In this document: one piece after another, positions 39,737 through 49,600 of the stretch
How positions within the stretch are numbered: the first letter of the stretch is position 1
Layout: every line of letters begins with the position of its first letter
Source of the DNA: a virus
Strand: one strand, 5' to 3'
DNA length: 64,000 nucleotides
Virus record (IMG/VR): IMGVR_UViG_3300031857_016023
Span: 59,822 to 123,821 of that record
Notes under the pieces: model-generated
The model's database searches: none
What the model was told of the DNA's origin: nothing
Seen by the model: only the letters and a program-made list of their open reading frames with translations
Made by a program: the position numbers and the translations under genes

Positions 39737-41799
39737 TAGTTAGTAAGTGCAGTTAAAGTTGTTACCACAGAAGATGGATCTGTGCTATCAATTGTTAAAA
39801 TAGTATTTCTTACTGGTTCAATAATACCTTTTTCCGATTCTACGGTCAAACGCATTTGGCCGTCAGTAGAAGAAACGGTAACGATATTAATATCATTCAA
39901 TGTAATTTTACCTGTTTCGTAATTTATTTCACCAACATTTTCATCAACAACTTGCCTTTGAGCTGTAGAATCATAATAAATTGTTCTAAGAGTTCCTATC
40001 TTTGCATCAATTTGTGCGGTTGCTGTAGCTGAAATACCTCCACCACCAGATAACGTAATTATAGCCCTAGTATAATCAATACCTCTATTTGTAATCACAA
40101 TTTCTTTAACTGTTCCATTCACAAGTTTTGCTTCAGCTGAAGCGCCAGTTCCGTCACCGGTAATAACAACGGTTGGAGCAGTTATGTAATTTAAACCAGG
40201 GTTAGTAATTAATATTGAAGAAATTCCGGTAAAAGATGATGGCACTTCTTCAATCACAACCGTCCTTAACACAGAAGATGAATCTCTAGTTTGAAATTCT
40301 GTTGAAGAAAGTCTGTTCGTTGTAGTTCCTCTTTTTAAAGGAATATTAAAATTTATTTCATATGAAAAATTTTGATTTAATCTTGGCGTAAATCTTTTTT
40401 GAGCTTTTATAACTAATTGATTACCTATAATTGCATTTAAATCAACTGCATCAATTGAAGCTTCTAATTTTGAATCAACCAATCTAGAATTAAATTTATT
40501 CAAATAAGTATTTCTATATTCTAATATAGCGTTTTTAATATTATCTTTTAATCTTTGTTCAGTTACCGTTGTTTTTTTAGGATCATATCTAGCATCTACA
40601 TCAATTAAAATGTACAAATATGTTGGATCTATTATTTCTGTACTAACCGATATTACAGATTTTGGATCAATAATTTCAGAAACAATTCTTTGTTTTTCTG
40701 CTTCAGAAATATAATAATTTTCTTTTGGTTTTAAAGAAACAAATATTTTTCCGTATACAGGAGGATCATTATCTTCTCCACCCCAAACAGAAATTGATTC
40801 GATGTTTGGATAACTATTTAAAATATATGTAGCATAATCTTTATTTGTTACTAAACGATTTTGTGTAGAAAATCTGGCTGAAGCTGAAAATTTTATACTG
40901 TCAACAGATTCTCTAAGAGATCCACCTGAAGCTGAACTTTTTGGATTTATTAAAAAATTTGTTAGTGCAGCACCAGTTGAATCAACTACGGTAGAAGTAG
41001 CAATAAAAGTATTTGCTTTATTTGCTTCAGTTGCACTTGTTACAAGATATGTAGCAGTAACAATTGATCCATCTGGCAAAGATTTTCCAATAACATCGTT
41101 ACCAAAATAAATTTGATATAACCCGCCTCTTCCTTCCTGTAAAAAAAACACTTCAGAATCAGAAGTTATATCTAAAACATCAGTTACTTTTTGATAAATT
41201 TTTGCTGCACTATTAGCTGAATTTGGCGTTACACTAACCCTTAATGTTGTTGTATCGATGTTTGGATCTGGTAATTGAAAGATTGATTTTGGATTTGAAG
41301 ATTTTTCAAAAGAGAATGAATAAGAAATGAACTGACCTTCATAAATTTGTAGATCTTCAAAAATATATTTTGTATTTGATTTTGTAACAGTTGTATCTTG
41401 AACAACAACAAAGTTATAAGCTTTACTATCAATTTGGCTAGAAAGAAAAGAAAATCCTTGTGGTAATGTACATGTTCCTGATGTTGTATTGTTTGATTCA
41501 ACGGTAAAATCAATAATTGCTACCGGAGCTTTTGACGAATAAGGAATATACCCTAAAGATTTTGCGTGTGAAACAACAGAATCTCTGAGTAAGGCGGTAT
41601 CTAAAAAAGATTCATTTGCTACCATATTTAAATAGTAGGCATTATAATGAGTATTGTAAGCAAGAATGTCTAACAGAATAGAAAGTCCAGCACCATCAAA
41701 ATCATAATCTTGAAATTCTGCTTGTTGTTTTAAAAATGCTTTTAAATTTGCTTTGATAGTATCAAAGTCGAGTTCTGTTACTCTTAAACGATCTACCAT
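39736..41799 (-). CDS. gp6: Baseplate wedge subunit
   Basis: ELDFDTIKANLK, LLDILAYNTHYN, QNRLVT..DY and WGGEDNDPP. Confidence 0.93.
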   Translation of the reverse strand: MVDRLRVTELDFDTIKANLKAFLKQQAEFQDYDFDGAGLSILLDILAYNTHYNAYYLNMVANESFLDTALLRDSVVSHAKSLGYIPYSSKAPVAIIDFTVESNNTTSGTCTLPQGFSFLSSQIDSKAYNFVVVQDTTVTKSNTKYIFEDLQIYEGQFISYSFSFEKSSNPKSIFQLPDPNIDTTTLRVSVTPNSANSAAKIYQKVTDVLDITSDSEVFFLQEGRGGLYQIYFGNDVIGKSLPDGSIVTATYLVTSATEANKANTFIATSTVVDSTGAALTNFLINPKSSASGGSLRESVDSIKFSASARFSTQNRLVTNKDYATYILNSYPNIESISVWGGEDNDPPVYGKIFVSLKPKENYYISEAEKQRIVSEIIDPKSVISVSTEIIDPTYLYILIDVDARYDPKKTTVTEQRLKDNIKNAILEYRNTYLNKFNSRLVDSKLEASIDAVDLNAIIGNQLVIKAQKRFTPRLNQNFSYEINFNIPLKRGTTTNRLSSTEFQTRDSSSVLRTVVIEEVPSSFTGISSILITNPGLNYITAPTVVITGDGTGASAEAKLVNGTVKEIVITNRGIDYTRAIITLSGGGGISATATAQIDAKIGTLRTIYYDSTAQRQVVDENVGEINYETGKITLNDINIVTVSSTDGQMRLTVESEKGIIEPVRNTILTIDSTDPSSVVTTLTALTN

Positions 41800-41800
41800 T

Positions 41801-42205
41801 TTATCTAATTCGCTCTAGAAAAAAATTAATTGTGATTGGGTTTGGACTATTAATAATATAAAATTCTAAAGTTATTTTATATGTATTGTCATCTGGAGAA
41901 GCTGTAGCAATAACTTTAGAAACTTGAGCTCTAGGCTCAAAATTGCCAATTACTTCGGTTATTTCTCTTTCAATTCTTGCCGCAATTATTGAATCAACAT
42001 TTTCAAATAATAAACGCCTAACATTGCTACCTATTTCTGGTTGAAAAGGTCTTTCATAGTGATTCGTTAAAATTAAATTTTTAATTGAATTAATAATAGC
42101 ATATTCATTTACATGCGTATTTACATCTTTTTTGATTGGATGTTTTGTAAATTTTAAATCCAAATCTTTAAAGGTGCGTTGAGATTTTATGTCTATGGTG
42201 GCCAT
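41801..42205 (-). CDS. gp25: Baseplate wedge subunit
   Basis: FKDLDLKF, ERPFQPEIGS and FEPRA. Confidence 0.92.
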   Translation of the reverse strand: MATIDIKSQRTFKDLDLKFTKHPIKKDVNTHVNEYAIINSIKNLILTNHYERPFQPEIGSNVRRLLFENVDSIIAARIEREITEVIGNFEPRAQVSKVIATASPDDNTYKITLEFYIINSPNPITINFFLERIR

Positions 42206-42216
42206 TTTCTATTTAT

Positions 42217-42507
42217 TCAACCTCCAGCAAAGACGTTACCTGATCCCGCAGCCACAGATGTACATCCAGAAATTGCATCTCCAACTCTACCTGCACCCTT
42301 TGAATTAACATAAACTGTTGTTGATCCAACAGCAATTGGAGCTGCATGAGCTGGACATGGAGCTCCAGGCAATAAATGAACCGTGTTCACATCGCCTTGT
42401 CTAGACCAGGCTATACCGTTAACAAATACATCTCCTGAACCTTGAGCTCTAGTTGGTCCAGAACAATGTGTAACATCTGCATCACCAATTCTTGTTGCTG
42501 CGGGCAC
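42217..42507 (-). CDS. PAAR spike-tip protein (gp5.4-like)
   Basis: MPAATRIGD, VFVNG and GRVGD, with metal-binding His/Cys residues. Confidence 0.9.
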   Translation of the reverse strand: MPAATRIGDADVTHCSGPTRAQGSGDVFVNGIAWSRQGDVNTVHLLPGAPCPAHAAPIAVGSTTVYVNSKGAGRVGDAISGCTSVAAGSGNVFAGG

Positions 42508-42697
42508 GCTCTTTCTCCATCAGTTTTTGAAGTTTATTATTCCAACTTTCAATTTCTTCATGTTGTTCTTCAGTATGTGGTGCATCCGGCACCTCAGGTA
42601 AAAACTTAATCACATTGTCAAATTCTTCAGGTATATCTTCATACCTTGTATATGTTTCTAATTTTCCATTTACTAAAATAACAAATTCGTGTGGCAT
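42482..42697 (-). CDS. Hypothetical protein between gp5 and PAAR
   Basis: Overlaps both neighbours; DIPEEFDNVIKFLP and PHTEEQH. Confidence 0.65.
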   Translation of the reverse strand: MPHEFVILVNGKLETYTRYEDIPEEFDNVIKFLPEVPDAPHTEEQHEEIESWNNKLQKLMEKERARSNKNW

Positions 42698-43590
42698 TAT
42701 GGGTTTAAATCTATTCTTGGTGCAGTTAATGTCATATTGCCACCAGAGGTTATTTTACAAGTTCCTCCAATGTCTGCTTGAAAATTGCCTCCAATATCAG
42801 CTGTAAAATTACCGCCAACTTCCATTGTTACGTTTCCATCAACATAAACCGTCACATCACCCTTAACATAAACCTTTTCGTTTCCAACAACCACAGTAAA
42901 CTTATCTTTTTCAATTCTCTCTGATCTATCTCCATTAGCTGCCCATTCAACATAAGAACCTGAACGATGATATAGATGTATTCGTTCTGCGTCTTTTGTA
43001 TCATCAAATTCTAATGCATGTCCTGATTCAGATTCATAAACATTATTATAAGGATATTTTGCATTGTAGTAGGAAGACGGTTCTACTTTTGAAGCTTTTT
43101 TAGAAGCTTTACTTTGATTAATTGGAGAAGGATAATCAGAATCGTTTCTTGCTAAGCGTGAAGTAGAAGGTTCATCTAATCTTCTAGGATATAAAGTTGC
43201 TGATTCAGATGGTTTTACTGGAGCAGAAGATAATTGTCCACTATCTCGGTTATCATTAAAAGCTTCTTGTGCATTTCCTGCTTTTAATGGTATACTTGGA
43301 AAAACTCCAACAATAACAGGAGATTGAGCTGATTCTCCATCAGCAAAAAATCCAAAAACCATATCACTCTCTTTTGGAGCATATGGATTCGTATTGTTCA
43401 ACGGAAAAGTTGGTATTGCCCAAGGTAACATATCTGTCGGAAGATTAATTTTATTTTCAGCATGCCATCCAACACATCGAACACGAACTCGACCCATCTT
43501 TAATGGATCTTGTCTATCTTCAACAATTCCAACAAACCAAGTAAAACCATTCTTACCTGCAAAATTTTTATTATCTTGATTATCTTCCAT
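42697..43590 (-). CDS. gp5: Baseplate central spike without a lysozyme domain
   Basis: OB-fold WFVGIVEDRQDPLKMGRVRVR; YPYNNVYESESGH..EFDDT; short beta-helix repeats. Confidence 0.9.
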   Translation of the reverse strand: MEDNQDNKNFAGKNGFTWFVGIVEDRQDPLKMGRVRVRCVGWHAENKINLPTDMLPWAIPTFPLNNTNPYAPKESDMVFGFFADGESAQSPVIVGVFPSIPLKAGNAQEAFNDNRDSGQLSSAPVKPSESATLYPRRLDEPSTSRLARNDSDYPSPINQSKASKKASKVEPSSYYNAKYPYNNVYESESGHALEFDDTKDAERIHLYHRSGSYVEWAANGDRSERIEKDKFTVVVGNEKVYVKGDVTVYVDGNVTMEVGGNFTADIGGNFQADIGGTCKITSGGNMTLTAPRIDLNP

Positions 43591-43591
43591 T

Positions 43592-44926
43592 TCAATAATT
43601 TTCTATAGCTTTAGTCTGTATTGGATTACTTGCAGGTATAAATTCATTAGCTGAAGATGATGTAGCAACTTCTATAATTGTTTCGTGTTTTTCGTAACCG
43701 ATGATGTGTCTAGAAGCAACAATTAAATATTTACCACTTAAACTTGCGTCATTATTGTCATCACCTTTATCTTTTCTTCCAGAATTTGGAACAATTAAAT
43801 TAACATTAAATCCTGAAGTTAACTGAAAATTTCCAGGCATTACAATTTTAATTCTTTTTGTCATTAAATTTTTAATAATTGATTTTCTTTGTGACAACCA
43901 AGCTTCAACATTTTCTTCTTTTGAGATAGAAAAAGGATCTTTCTTTTTAATATATTCACTAAATTGTCTAGCTGCTCCAAAAATATTTACTGTTTTACTG
44001 GCATTGTATGTTTCTGTATTGTTTACACCATCACGATTTTGTATTTGCGAAAAATTTGGACTTTCATTACCGTGTTTCATATTTGAATAGTGATCGCCAT
44101 AACTTATATTCTTTGTTGCGATAGTTCTTGTTAATGGATCAAAACCAATAAACTTAGAAGCATTAACTCCCGATCTTGTTTTTTCTATTTCATTAGATTG
44201 AGAAACAACTTCAATTGATCTAGCTGTATTAATTTCACTACCTGGATTTCCTCCAGGCTGATTTTTTGGTTCGAATTTTATATCTAATATTTCAGGTAAT
44301 GTTAATAATTTTGATAAAGATGCAAAATTGTAACCTATGGAATTTTGATAAAAAACAAAATTTGGCGATTGATTAATATCAACAGAGCGTTTAGCACACC
44401 ATTCAATTGCTTCTAATGGTCTTAAATTAGGTATTACAATTTTTTTAAGACCAGAAGTTAAATCATAAATGCCTTTTAAATTATTTTTTGGAACTTTTAA
44501 ATAATTTAAAAGTATTTTTTCTACAATTTGAGCGTATGTTAATTCATAACTTTGATTAATTCTTTGTTGATCTGAATACATTAATTCATCAGAACAAAAG
44601 TGTAACGTAAACAATTCATTATTCATTCCATCATTTTGCCTATCAGATTGTTTGTATATTCTGAATGCTTTCTTATATTCAGCTATATCTGACTCATCAC
44701 TCTTTTTTATATCAATTAATAATGATTCTGAACCATCAAATAACAATTTTCCAGATAAACCAATAGAATCACGAACTACTATATTGCCATTAACTACAGG
44801 TAAAAATAAAGAATCAAAAATGTTTATTTCTTCATACAATTTAGAAATATCTAAAGGCCCAGCTTTAGTAACAACAACAAGTTCACTAAGTTTAAACTGT
44901 GTGGATTTTTTTAATTCAAAACTCAT
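43592..44926 (-). CDS. Baseplate hub protein (gp27-like)
   Basis: Located between gp53 and gp5; INIFDSLF and LSGKYLIVASRH. Confidence 0.6.
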   Translation of the reverse strand: MSFELKKSTQFKLSELVVVTKAGPLDISKLYEEINIFDSLFLPVVNGNIVVRDSIGLSGKLLFDGSESLLIDIKKSDESDIAEYKKAFRIYKQSDRQNDGMNNELFTLHFCSDELMYSDQQRINQSYELTYAQIVEKILLNYLKVPKNNLKGIYDLTSGLKKIVIPNLRPLEAIEWCAKRSVDINQSPNFVFYQNSIGYNFASLSKLLTLPEILDIKFEPKNQPGGNPGSEINTARSIEVVSQSNEIEKTRSGVNASKFIGFDPLTRTIATKNISYGDHYSNMKHGNESPNFSQIQNRDGVNNTETYNASKTVNIFGAARQFSEYIKKKDPFSISKEENVEAWLSQRKSIIKNLMTKRIKIVMPGNFQLTSGFNVNLIVPNSGRKDKGDDNNDASLSGKYLIVASRHIIGYEKHETIIEVATSSSANEFIPASNPIQTKAIENY

Positions 44927-45573
44927 ATTTTAATAATTCTCTTAAATTCTTTTTCAATATCAGGTATAAATTCTTTTTTTATAAGTTTAATTTCTCTTTT
45001 CTTTTCATTTTCTTCAACTTCATGCTCATAAAAAGAACGTGTTTCTTTTGAAACTTTTACTGTTACAATTTCATTATTTGCTGTTGTATAGGTGTTTGTT
45101 GTTGCTGCAGTATTTGCATATGTATTAGAATCAATTTGATATTTGTTTATGGTTACTATATTATCACTTGATGTTGTGGTAATAACTTTAAAATGTGCTT
45201 GAATATTATTTGTGCTCATAGCCCAAGCAAGACCAGTTTGAACAGTTGTATTTGATGATCCGTTTGCTTTATATTTTGTATCAATATAATCAACCAATAC
45301 TCTAGAATTTAAAGGCCAATCAAATTGTGGATCAATTATATCATTAAACAATAAAACTACCCAATGACGTTCTGGGCTATCATAATATTTGTCTGCAATA
45401 ATTTCTGGAGTATCAGAATCTTGTATTTGATAAGGATAAAAAGAAGTAGAATTTTCTTTTAATTCTCTTTCAAAAGCAAACCTAGAAATAATATTTGTTA
45501 CAGTATCAACACCTGTAGAACTCGTATCACTTGTATAAAAAGTTTTTGGAAAGTATTTAAAATATTTTGCCAT
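44923..45573 (-). CDS. gp53: Baseplate wedge subunit
   Basis: YFKYFP, DTPEIIADKYY, HWVVLLFNDIIDPQFDWP and ENEKKREIKL. Confidence 0.9.
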   Translation of the reverse strand: MAKYFKYFPKTFYTSDTSSTGVDTVTNIISRFAFERELKENSTSFYPYQIQDSDTPEIIADKYYDSPERHWVVLLFNDIIDPQFDWPLNSRVLVDYIDTKYKANGSSNTTVQTGLAWAMSTNNIQAHFKVITTTSSDNIVTINKYQIDSNTYANTAATTNTYTTANNEIVTVKVSKETRSFYEHEVEENEKKREIKLIKKEFIPDIEKEFKRIIKI

Positions 45574-45575
45574 TT

Positions 45576-46871
45576 TTATGCTGCCGGATTATCAAATGTT
45601 TGTCCTAAACCCTTAACTTCTTTTCTATTTTCGTTACTATTTGATTTAAAATTAGTTTTAGTGAGATAAGTTGTTTCTTTAAATTGCATTGTCATTTGAA
45701 TTGCTACTGGCATACCAGTTCTACCAAGAGAAGGTAAATTTTCACCAGGAACTTCATACGCAGAAAAACCATTTGGTGTATAGTTTACATCAATGTTCTC
45801 CAACACACAAGTTGAAAGAGGCGGTATATTTGGATTTTCGGCACCACCGTAATAAAATTTAATATCGAACTCTGAAGGAGGTATTAAAAAATTTGCTGCA
45901 CTAGCAATTTCTGGTGCCTGATGAAAACGAAACTTTTCAATAATTTGTTGTACTTCTAAAGCTTCACGTTCATCTCTTGGATAAAAAGTAAAATCAAATT
46001 GAAATGTTCTAAAATTTGGTGATTTATAAATCATCTCCAATAATGGGTTTGATACGGCACCAGTAATTGCGGTAAATGCAACCTGACCTGTAGCACCACC
46101 AAATTTATCAACCATACTTTTTACAACTCCACCTGCTGCAGCTTTTGCTAAACCACCAGCTGCACCAGAAAGATCACCTTCTTTAATTTTTTCCAATAAA
46201 GCACCACCTGCAGCAACAGCTTGACCTGTGGCTTCGCTGCCTAAACTTGGAGTATCATATGATTGTGAATATTGATATGATAATGTGTCTGGCATATATA
46301 ATGCAATCGAATCAGAAGTCAATTGCGTTGTTTTAGGAAATATACTATTACTGACAATATTTTTTATTGAAGTATCAATTATCGCTTGCGTGGCAACAGA
46401 ATTGCCTCCAATCAAATTTGTTTTTTGACCAAATAAATTTTGAACACTACTTGAAATTCCTCCAACAGCTTTACCTATTGCTGAAGTTATTCCACTTAAA
46501 GCTCCGCCAGTTGCATTGTTTATTTCGCTTAAATTATTGTTTACTTTGTTTAGTAATTCTCCACCAAGTTGAGTATTTAAACTATTCTGATTTATAGAAT
46601 TTAATTGTGATAGTGTTGATGAATTTTTTGACTGAGCTCTTTCAGCAGCTGATGCTAATTCATTTTCGCTAACTGTTGTTGTAGCAAAAGCTGTGTTTTT
46701 TTGTTGACGAATATAAAAAACCATATAATGCCCTTTGTCGGCTGAGCCAACATCTAAAGGGTATTTTAAAAGAGTGGTTTTAAATTTATTGTCAACTAAG
46801 TCTGCTAGAGGGCCTTTTCTAGCAGTTTCACCTTTGTTGAATTGTATATCGCCGAAACCAAAAAGTGGCAT
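45576..46871 (-). CDS. gp48: Baseplate tail-tube cap
   Basis: LKYPLD, IALYMP, NPLLEMIY and FRTFQFDFTFYPR. Confidence 0.85.
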   Translation of the reverse strand: MPLFGFGDIQFNKGETARKGPLADLVDNKFKTTLLKYPLDVGSADKGHYMVFYIRQQKNTAFATTTVSENELASAAERAQSKNSSTLSQLNSINQNSLNTQLGGELLNKVNNNLSEINNATGGALSGITSAIGKAVGGISSSVQNLFGQKTNLIGGNSVATQAIIDTSIKNIVSNSIFPKTTQLTSDSIALYMPDTLSYQYSQSYDTPSLGSEATGQAVAAGGALLEKIKEGDLSGAAGGLAKAAAGGVVKSMVDKFGGATGQVAFTAITGAVSNPLLEMIYKSPNFRTFQFDFTFYPRDEREALEVQQIIEKFRFHQAPEIASAANFLIPPSEFDIKFYYGGAENPNIPPLSTCVLENIDVNYTPNGFSAYEVPGENLPSLGRTGMPVAIQMTMQFKETTYLTKTNFKSNSNENRKEVKGLGQTFDNPAA

Positions 46872-46902
46872 ATGAACTTCCTATGATAGATAGATAGTAT
46901 TT

Positions 46903-47331
46903 ATGTCATATAAAGGATGGTTTACTCCTCGAAACCCACAAAAATATAAAGGCGATGCCACAAACATCGTTTACCGCTCGTCATGGGAACTTCGTGTAAT
47001 GAAGTATTTGGATGAGAATTCTGCGGTTGTGTGGTGGGCTTCTGAAGAACTCTTTATACCCTACAAGTCACCAATTGACCAAAAAGTACACCGTTACTTT
47101 CCAGACTTTATTGCAAGAATTCGTCAAGCAAATAAAGAAATAACCATGGTCATAGAAGTTAAACCATTCAAACAAACCCAAAAACCAATTCAAAAAAGAC
47201 GCACCCAAAAGTTTCTTCAGGAAGTAGCTACATATGCTATCAATCAGGAGAAGTGGCGTGCAGCCGATCTATTCTGTAAGGAACATGGTTGGCAATTCAA
47301 AATTATAACAGAAAAAGAGTTAGGACTTTGA
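46903..47331 (+). CDS. gp4: Head completion nuclease
   Basis: NPQKYKGD, IVYRSSWE, HRYFPDF and IEVKP. Confidence 0.92.
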   Translation: MSYKGWFTPRNPQKYKGDATNIVYRSSWELRVMKYLDENSAVVWWASEELFIPYKSPIDQKVHRYFPDFIARIRQANKEITMVIEVKPFKQTQKPIQKRRTQKFLQEVATYAINQEKWRAADLFCKEHGWQFKIITEKELGL

Positions 47332-47344
47332 GATAAATAGCGTA

Positions 47345-47923
47345 ATGGCTTATCTCATAGACCGAATCAAACAATCGCTTGCAAAAGAAGGTTTAGAACC
47401 AAGAACTCGTTATGCAAGGGAATGGTTAAATTCAAAATTAAAAAATTTAAATCCAAGTCCTGCGGCATTGATTATTGATAGGCAAAGATTAAGAGATAAG
47501 ACATTTATTGGAAAGATGTACTTTTACTACTATGATCCAAAGACTAAAGATTCAATGCCATATTACGACAGGTTCCCATTGGTGATTCCAATAGAACAAT
47601 ACTCAGACGGTTTCTTAGGGTTGAATTTACATTACATTCACCCAAGGCAACGAATCATATTATTGGACAAATTAAGTAAAACAGCGACCAATAAAAACTT
47701 TGATGACAAAACAAAGCTTAGGCTTAGTTATGAATATTTAAAAGCTGCTAGTTCTACATTTGAAGCAATGCCATGCATCAAGAGGTATCTTTTTACACAA
47801 ATCAATTCTCGTTTTTTAGAGATAGCTGCTGATGAGTGGGATATTGCTGCATTAATACCAACAAGTAGTTTTGTTGGTGCTACAGAAAATAAAGTTTACG
47901 CAGATTCACGAAAGAAATTTTAA
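47345..47923 (+). CDS. gp2: DNA end protector protein
   Basis: YDPKTKDSMPYYDRFPL and GFLGLNLHY. Confidence 0.92.
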   Translation: MAYLIDRIKQSLAKEGLEPRTRYAREWLNSKLKNLNPSPAALIIDRQRLRDKTFIGKMYFYYYDPKTKDSMPYYDRFPLVIPIEQYSDGFLGLNLHYIHPRQRIILLDKLSKTATNKNFDDKTKLRLSYEYLKAASSTFEAMPCIKRYLFTQINSRFLEIAADEWDIAALIPTSSFVGATENKVYADSRKKF

Positions 47924-48673
47924 ATGTCATTTTCACCAAATCTTTTTTTATCCAATATTCGTGGCAAAGATGGTTTAGCAAAACCATGCCGATTTGAAGT
48001 TATTCTTCCAATACCACCATATGTAAATCAGTTTATTGGAAATTCTGTTATTGAAAAAATATTAAATTTACCTAACTCGGTTTTCAATGATGTGTCTGAC
48101 GCAATTGGTTCTGCTTTTGGAGCAGGTGGTGCAGCTGATGAGTATTCTAAAACATCAAATTCGTCTATGTCAAGATACTTAGCACTTCAATGTGAGAACG
48201 CAGAATTGCCAGGCAGAACTACAGCAACAGCTGATGTTAAAATATATGGACCAACATTTAAAGTTCCATATCAAACGCAATACGGTGATACAACATTAAC
48301 ATTTTTGTGTACCAATGATTTTTTTGAGAGGAAACTTTTTGAGAGATGGATGGAGTGTATTCATCCTTCAGATACAAATAATGTGAGATATGCTAAAGGC
48401 GAAAAATCTAGATACCTTACAAATATTAAAATTATTCAATATGATGAATTCATTAAACAAATTTTTGCAGTTGAATTGATGGATGCTTTTCCAATAGGAA
48501 TAGCTGGACAACCTTTAAATTGGAGTGAAGAAGGTTTTCATCGTCTTTCAATTCAATTTGCATATCAAAAATATAGGCCAATTTATACTGGCACATATGA
48601 TTTGGCCGCAGCAGCCACAGCTTTATTTGGAACTGCTGCAGCGAGAGCACTACCACTTGGTCGTGCATTTTAA
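47924..48673 (+). CDS. Tail-tube-like baseplate protein (gp54/gp19 family)
   Basis: GLAKPCRFEV, CENAELPGR, ERKLFERW and DAFPIGI. Confidence 0.75.
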   Translation: MSFSPNLFLSNIRGKDGLAKPCRFEVILPIPPYVNQFIGNSVIEKILNLPNSVFNDVSDAIGSAFGAGGAADEYSKTSNSSMSRYLALQCENAELPGRTTATADVKIYGPTFKVPYQTQYGDTTLTFLCTNDFFERKLFERWMECIHPSDTNNVRYAKGEKSRYLTNIKIIQYDEFIKQIFAVELMDAFPIGIAGQPLNWSEEGFHRLSIQFAYQKYRPIYTGTYDLAAAATALFGTAAARALPLGRAF

Positions 48674-48692
48674 TTAACTAAGCGAGGTCATT

Positions 48693-49409
48693 ATGTTACC
48701 AAAGTTAGATGTTCCAATTTATTCTGTTAATCTTATATCAACAGGAAAGCCAGTTCGTTTTAGACCATTTTTGGTGAAAGAACAAAAGATGTTTTTAATG
48801 GCATCTGAGTCCGAAGATTCAAACGAAATGGTAAACATTATTCGTCAAGTATTAAAGAATTGTGTAATTGACGAAATTGATATTGATAGTTTGCCTACTT
48901 TTGATTTAGAATATTTGTTTTTAAATCTCAGAGCTAGGTCAGTTGAAGAAGTTGTGGATCTTCGTTACAAATGTAACAATGTAATAGATGAAAAAAAATG
49001 TTCAGGCGTGGTTGAATTTAAATTAAATCTTTTGCAGATTGAACCAACAAAAAACGAAAAACACAAAGACAAAATTCAAATTACAGAGAACTTAGGTATT
49101 TGTTTTAAATACCCAACTTTTGATATGCTTCAAAAGTATGAAAAGCTAAGTGAGAATGAAATTATGATTCGTATCTTGGTTGATTGTATCGATTATATTT
49201 ACGACAAAGATCAAATATATTATTCTAAAGATTCAAGTAGAGAAGAACTAGAAGAATTCATTGATAATCTACAACAAAAAGATTTAGAGAAGTTTAAAGA
49301 ATTCTTTGATACAATGCCTGAAATTAAAAAAGATGTTCAGTTTAAATGTCCAAAATGTTCTTATGAAGAAGATATTACTATAAAGGGCATTCAAAATTTT
49401 TTCGTCTAA
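48693..49409 (+). CDS. gp26: Baseplate hub assembly protein
   Basis: MLPKLDVPIY, FRPFLVKEQK, FDLEYLFLNLRARSV, FFDTMP and GIQNFF. Confidence 0.9.
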   Translation: MLPKLDVPIYSVNLISTGKPVRFRPFLVKEQKMFLMASESEDSNEMVNIIRQVLKNCVIDEIDIDSLPTFDLEYLFLNLRARSVEEVVDLRYKCNNVIDEKKCSGVVEFKLNLLQIEPTKNEKHKDKIQITENLGICFKYPTFDMLQKYEKLSENEIMIRILVDCIDYIYDKDQIYYSKDSSREELEEFIDNLQQKDLEKFKEFFDTMPEIKKDVQFKCPKCSYEEDITIKGIQNFFV

Positions 49410-49456
49410 TATTTCGTTATGATACTCTGAAGAATTACTATGAAACAAACTTTGCT

Positions 49457-49600
49457 ATGATGCAACATCACAAGTATAGTTTGTCTGAATTGGAAAATAT
49501 GCTACCTTGGGAAAGAAACATTTATGTGTCTTTGTTGGTGAAGTATTTGCAAGAAGAAAAAGAACGTATAGAACTACAGAAAGCAAGTAAGAAACGATAA
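49457..49600 (+). CDS. gp51: gp51-like hub assembly protein (possibly reached by -1 frameshift from gp26)
   Basis: Not in ORF track. MMQHHKYSLSELENMLPWERNIYVSLLVKYLQEEKERIELQKASKKR; the frame is open upstream to at least 49397. Confidence 0.85.
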   Translation: MMQHHKYSLSELENMLPWERNIYVSLLVKYLQEEKERIELQKASKKR

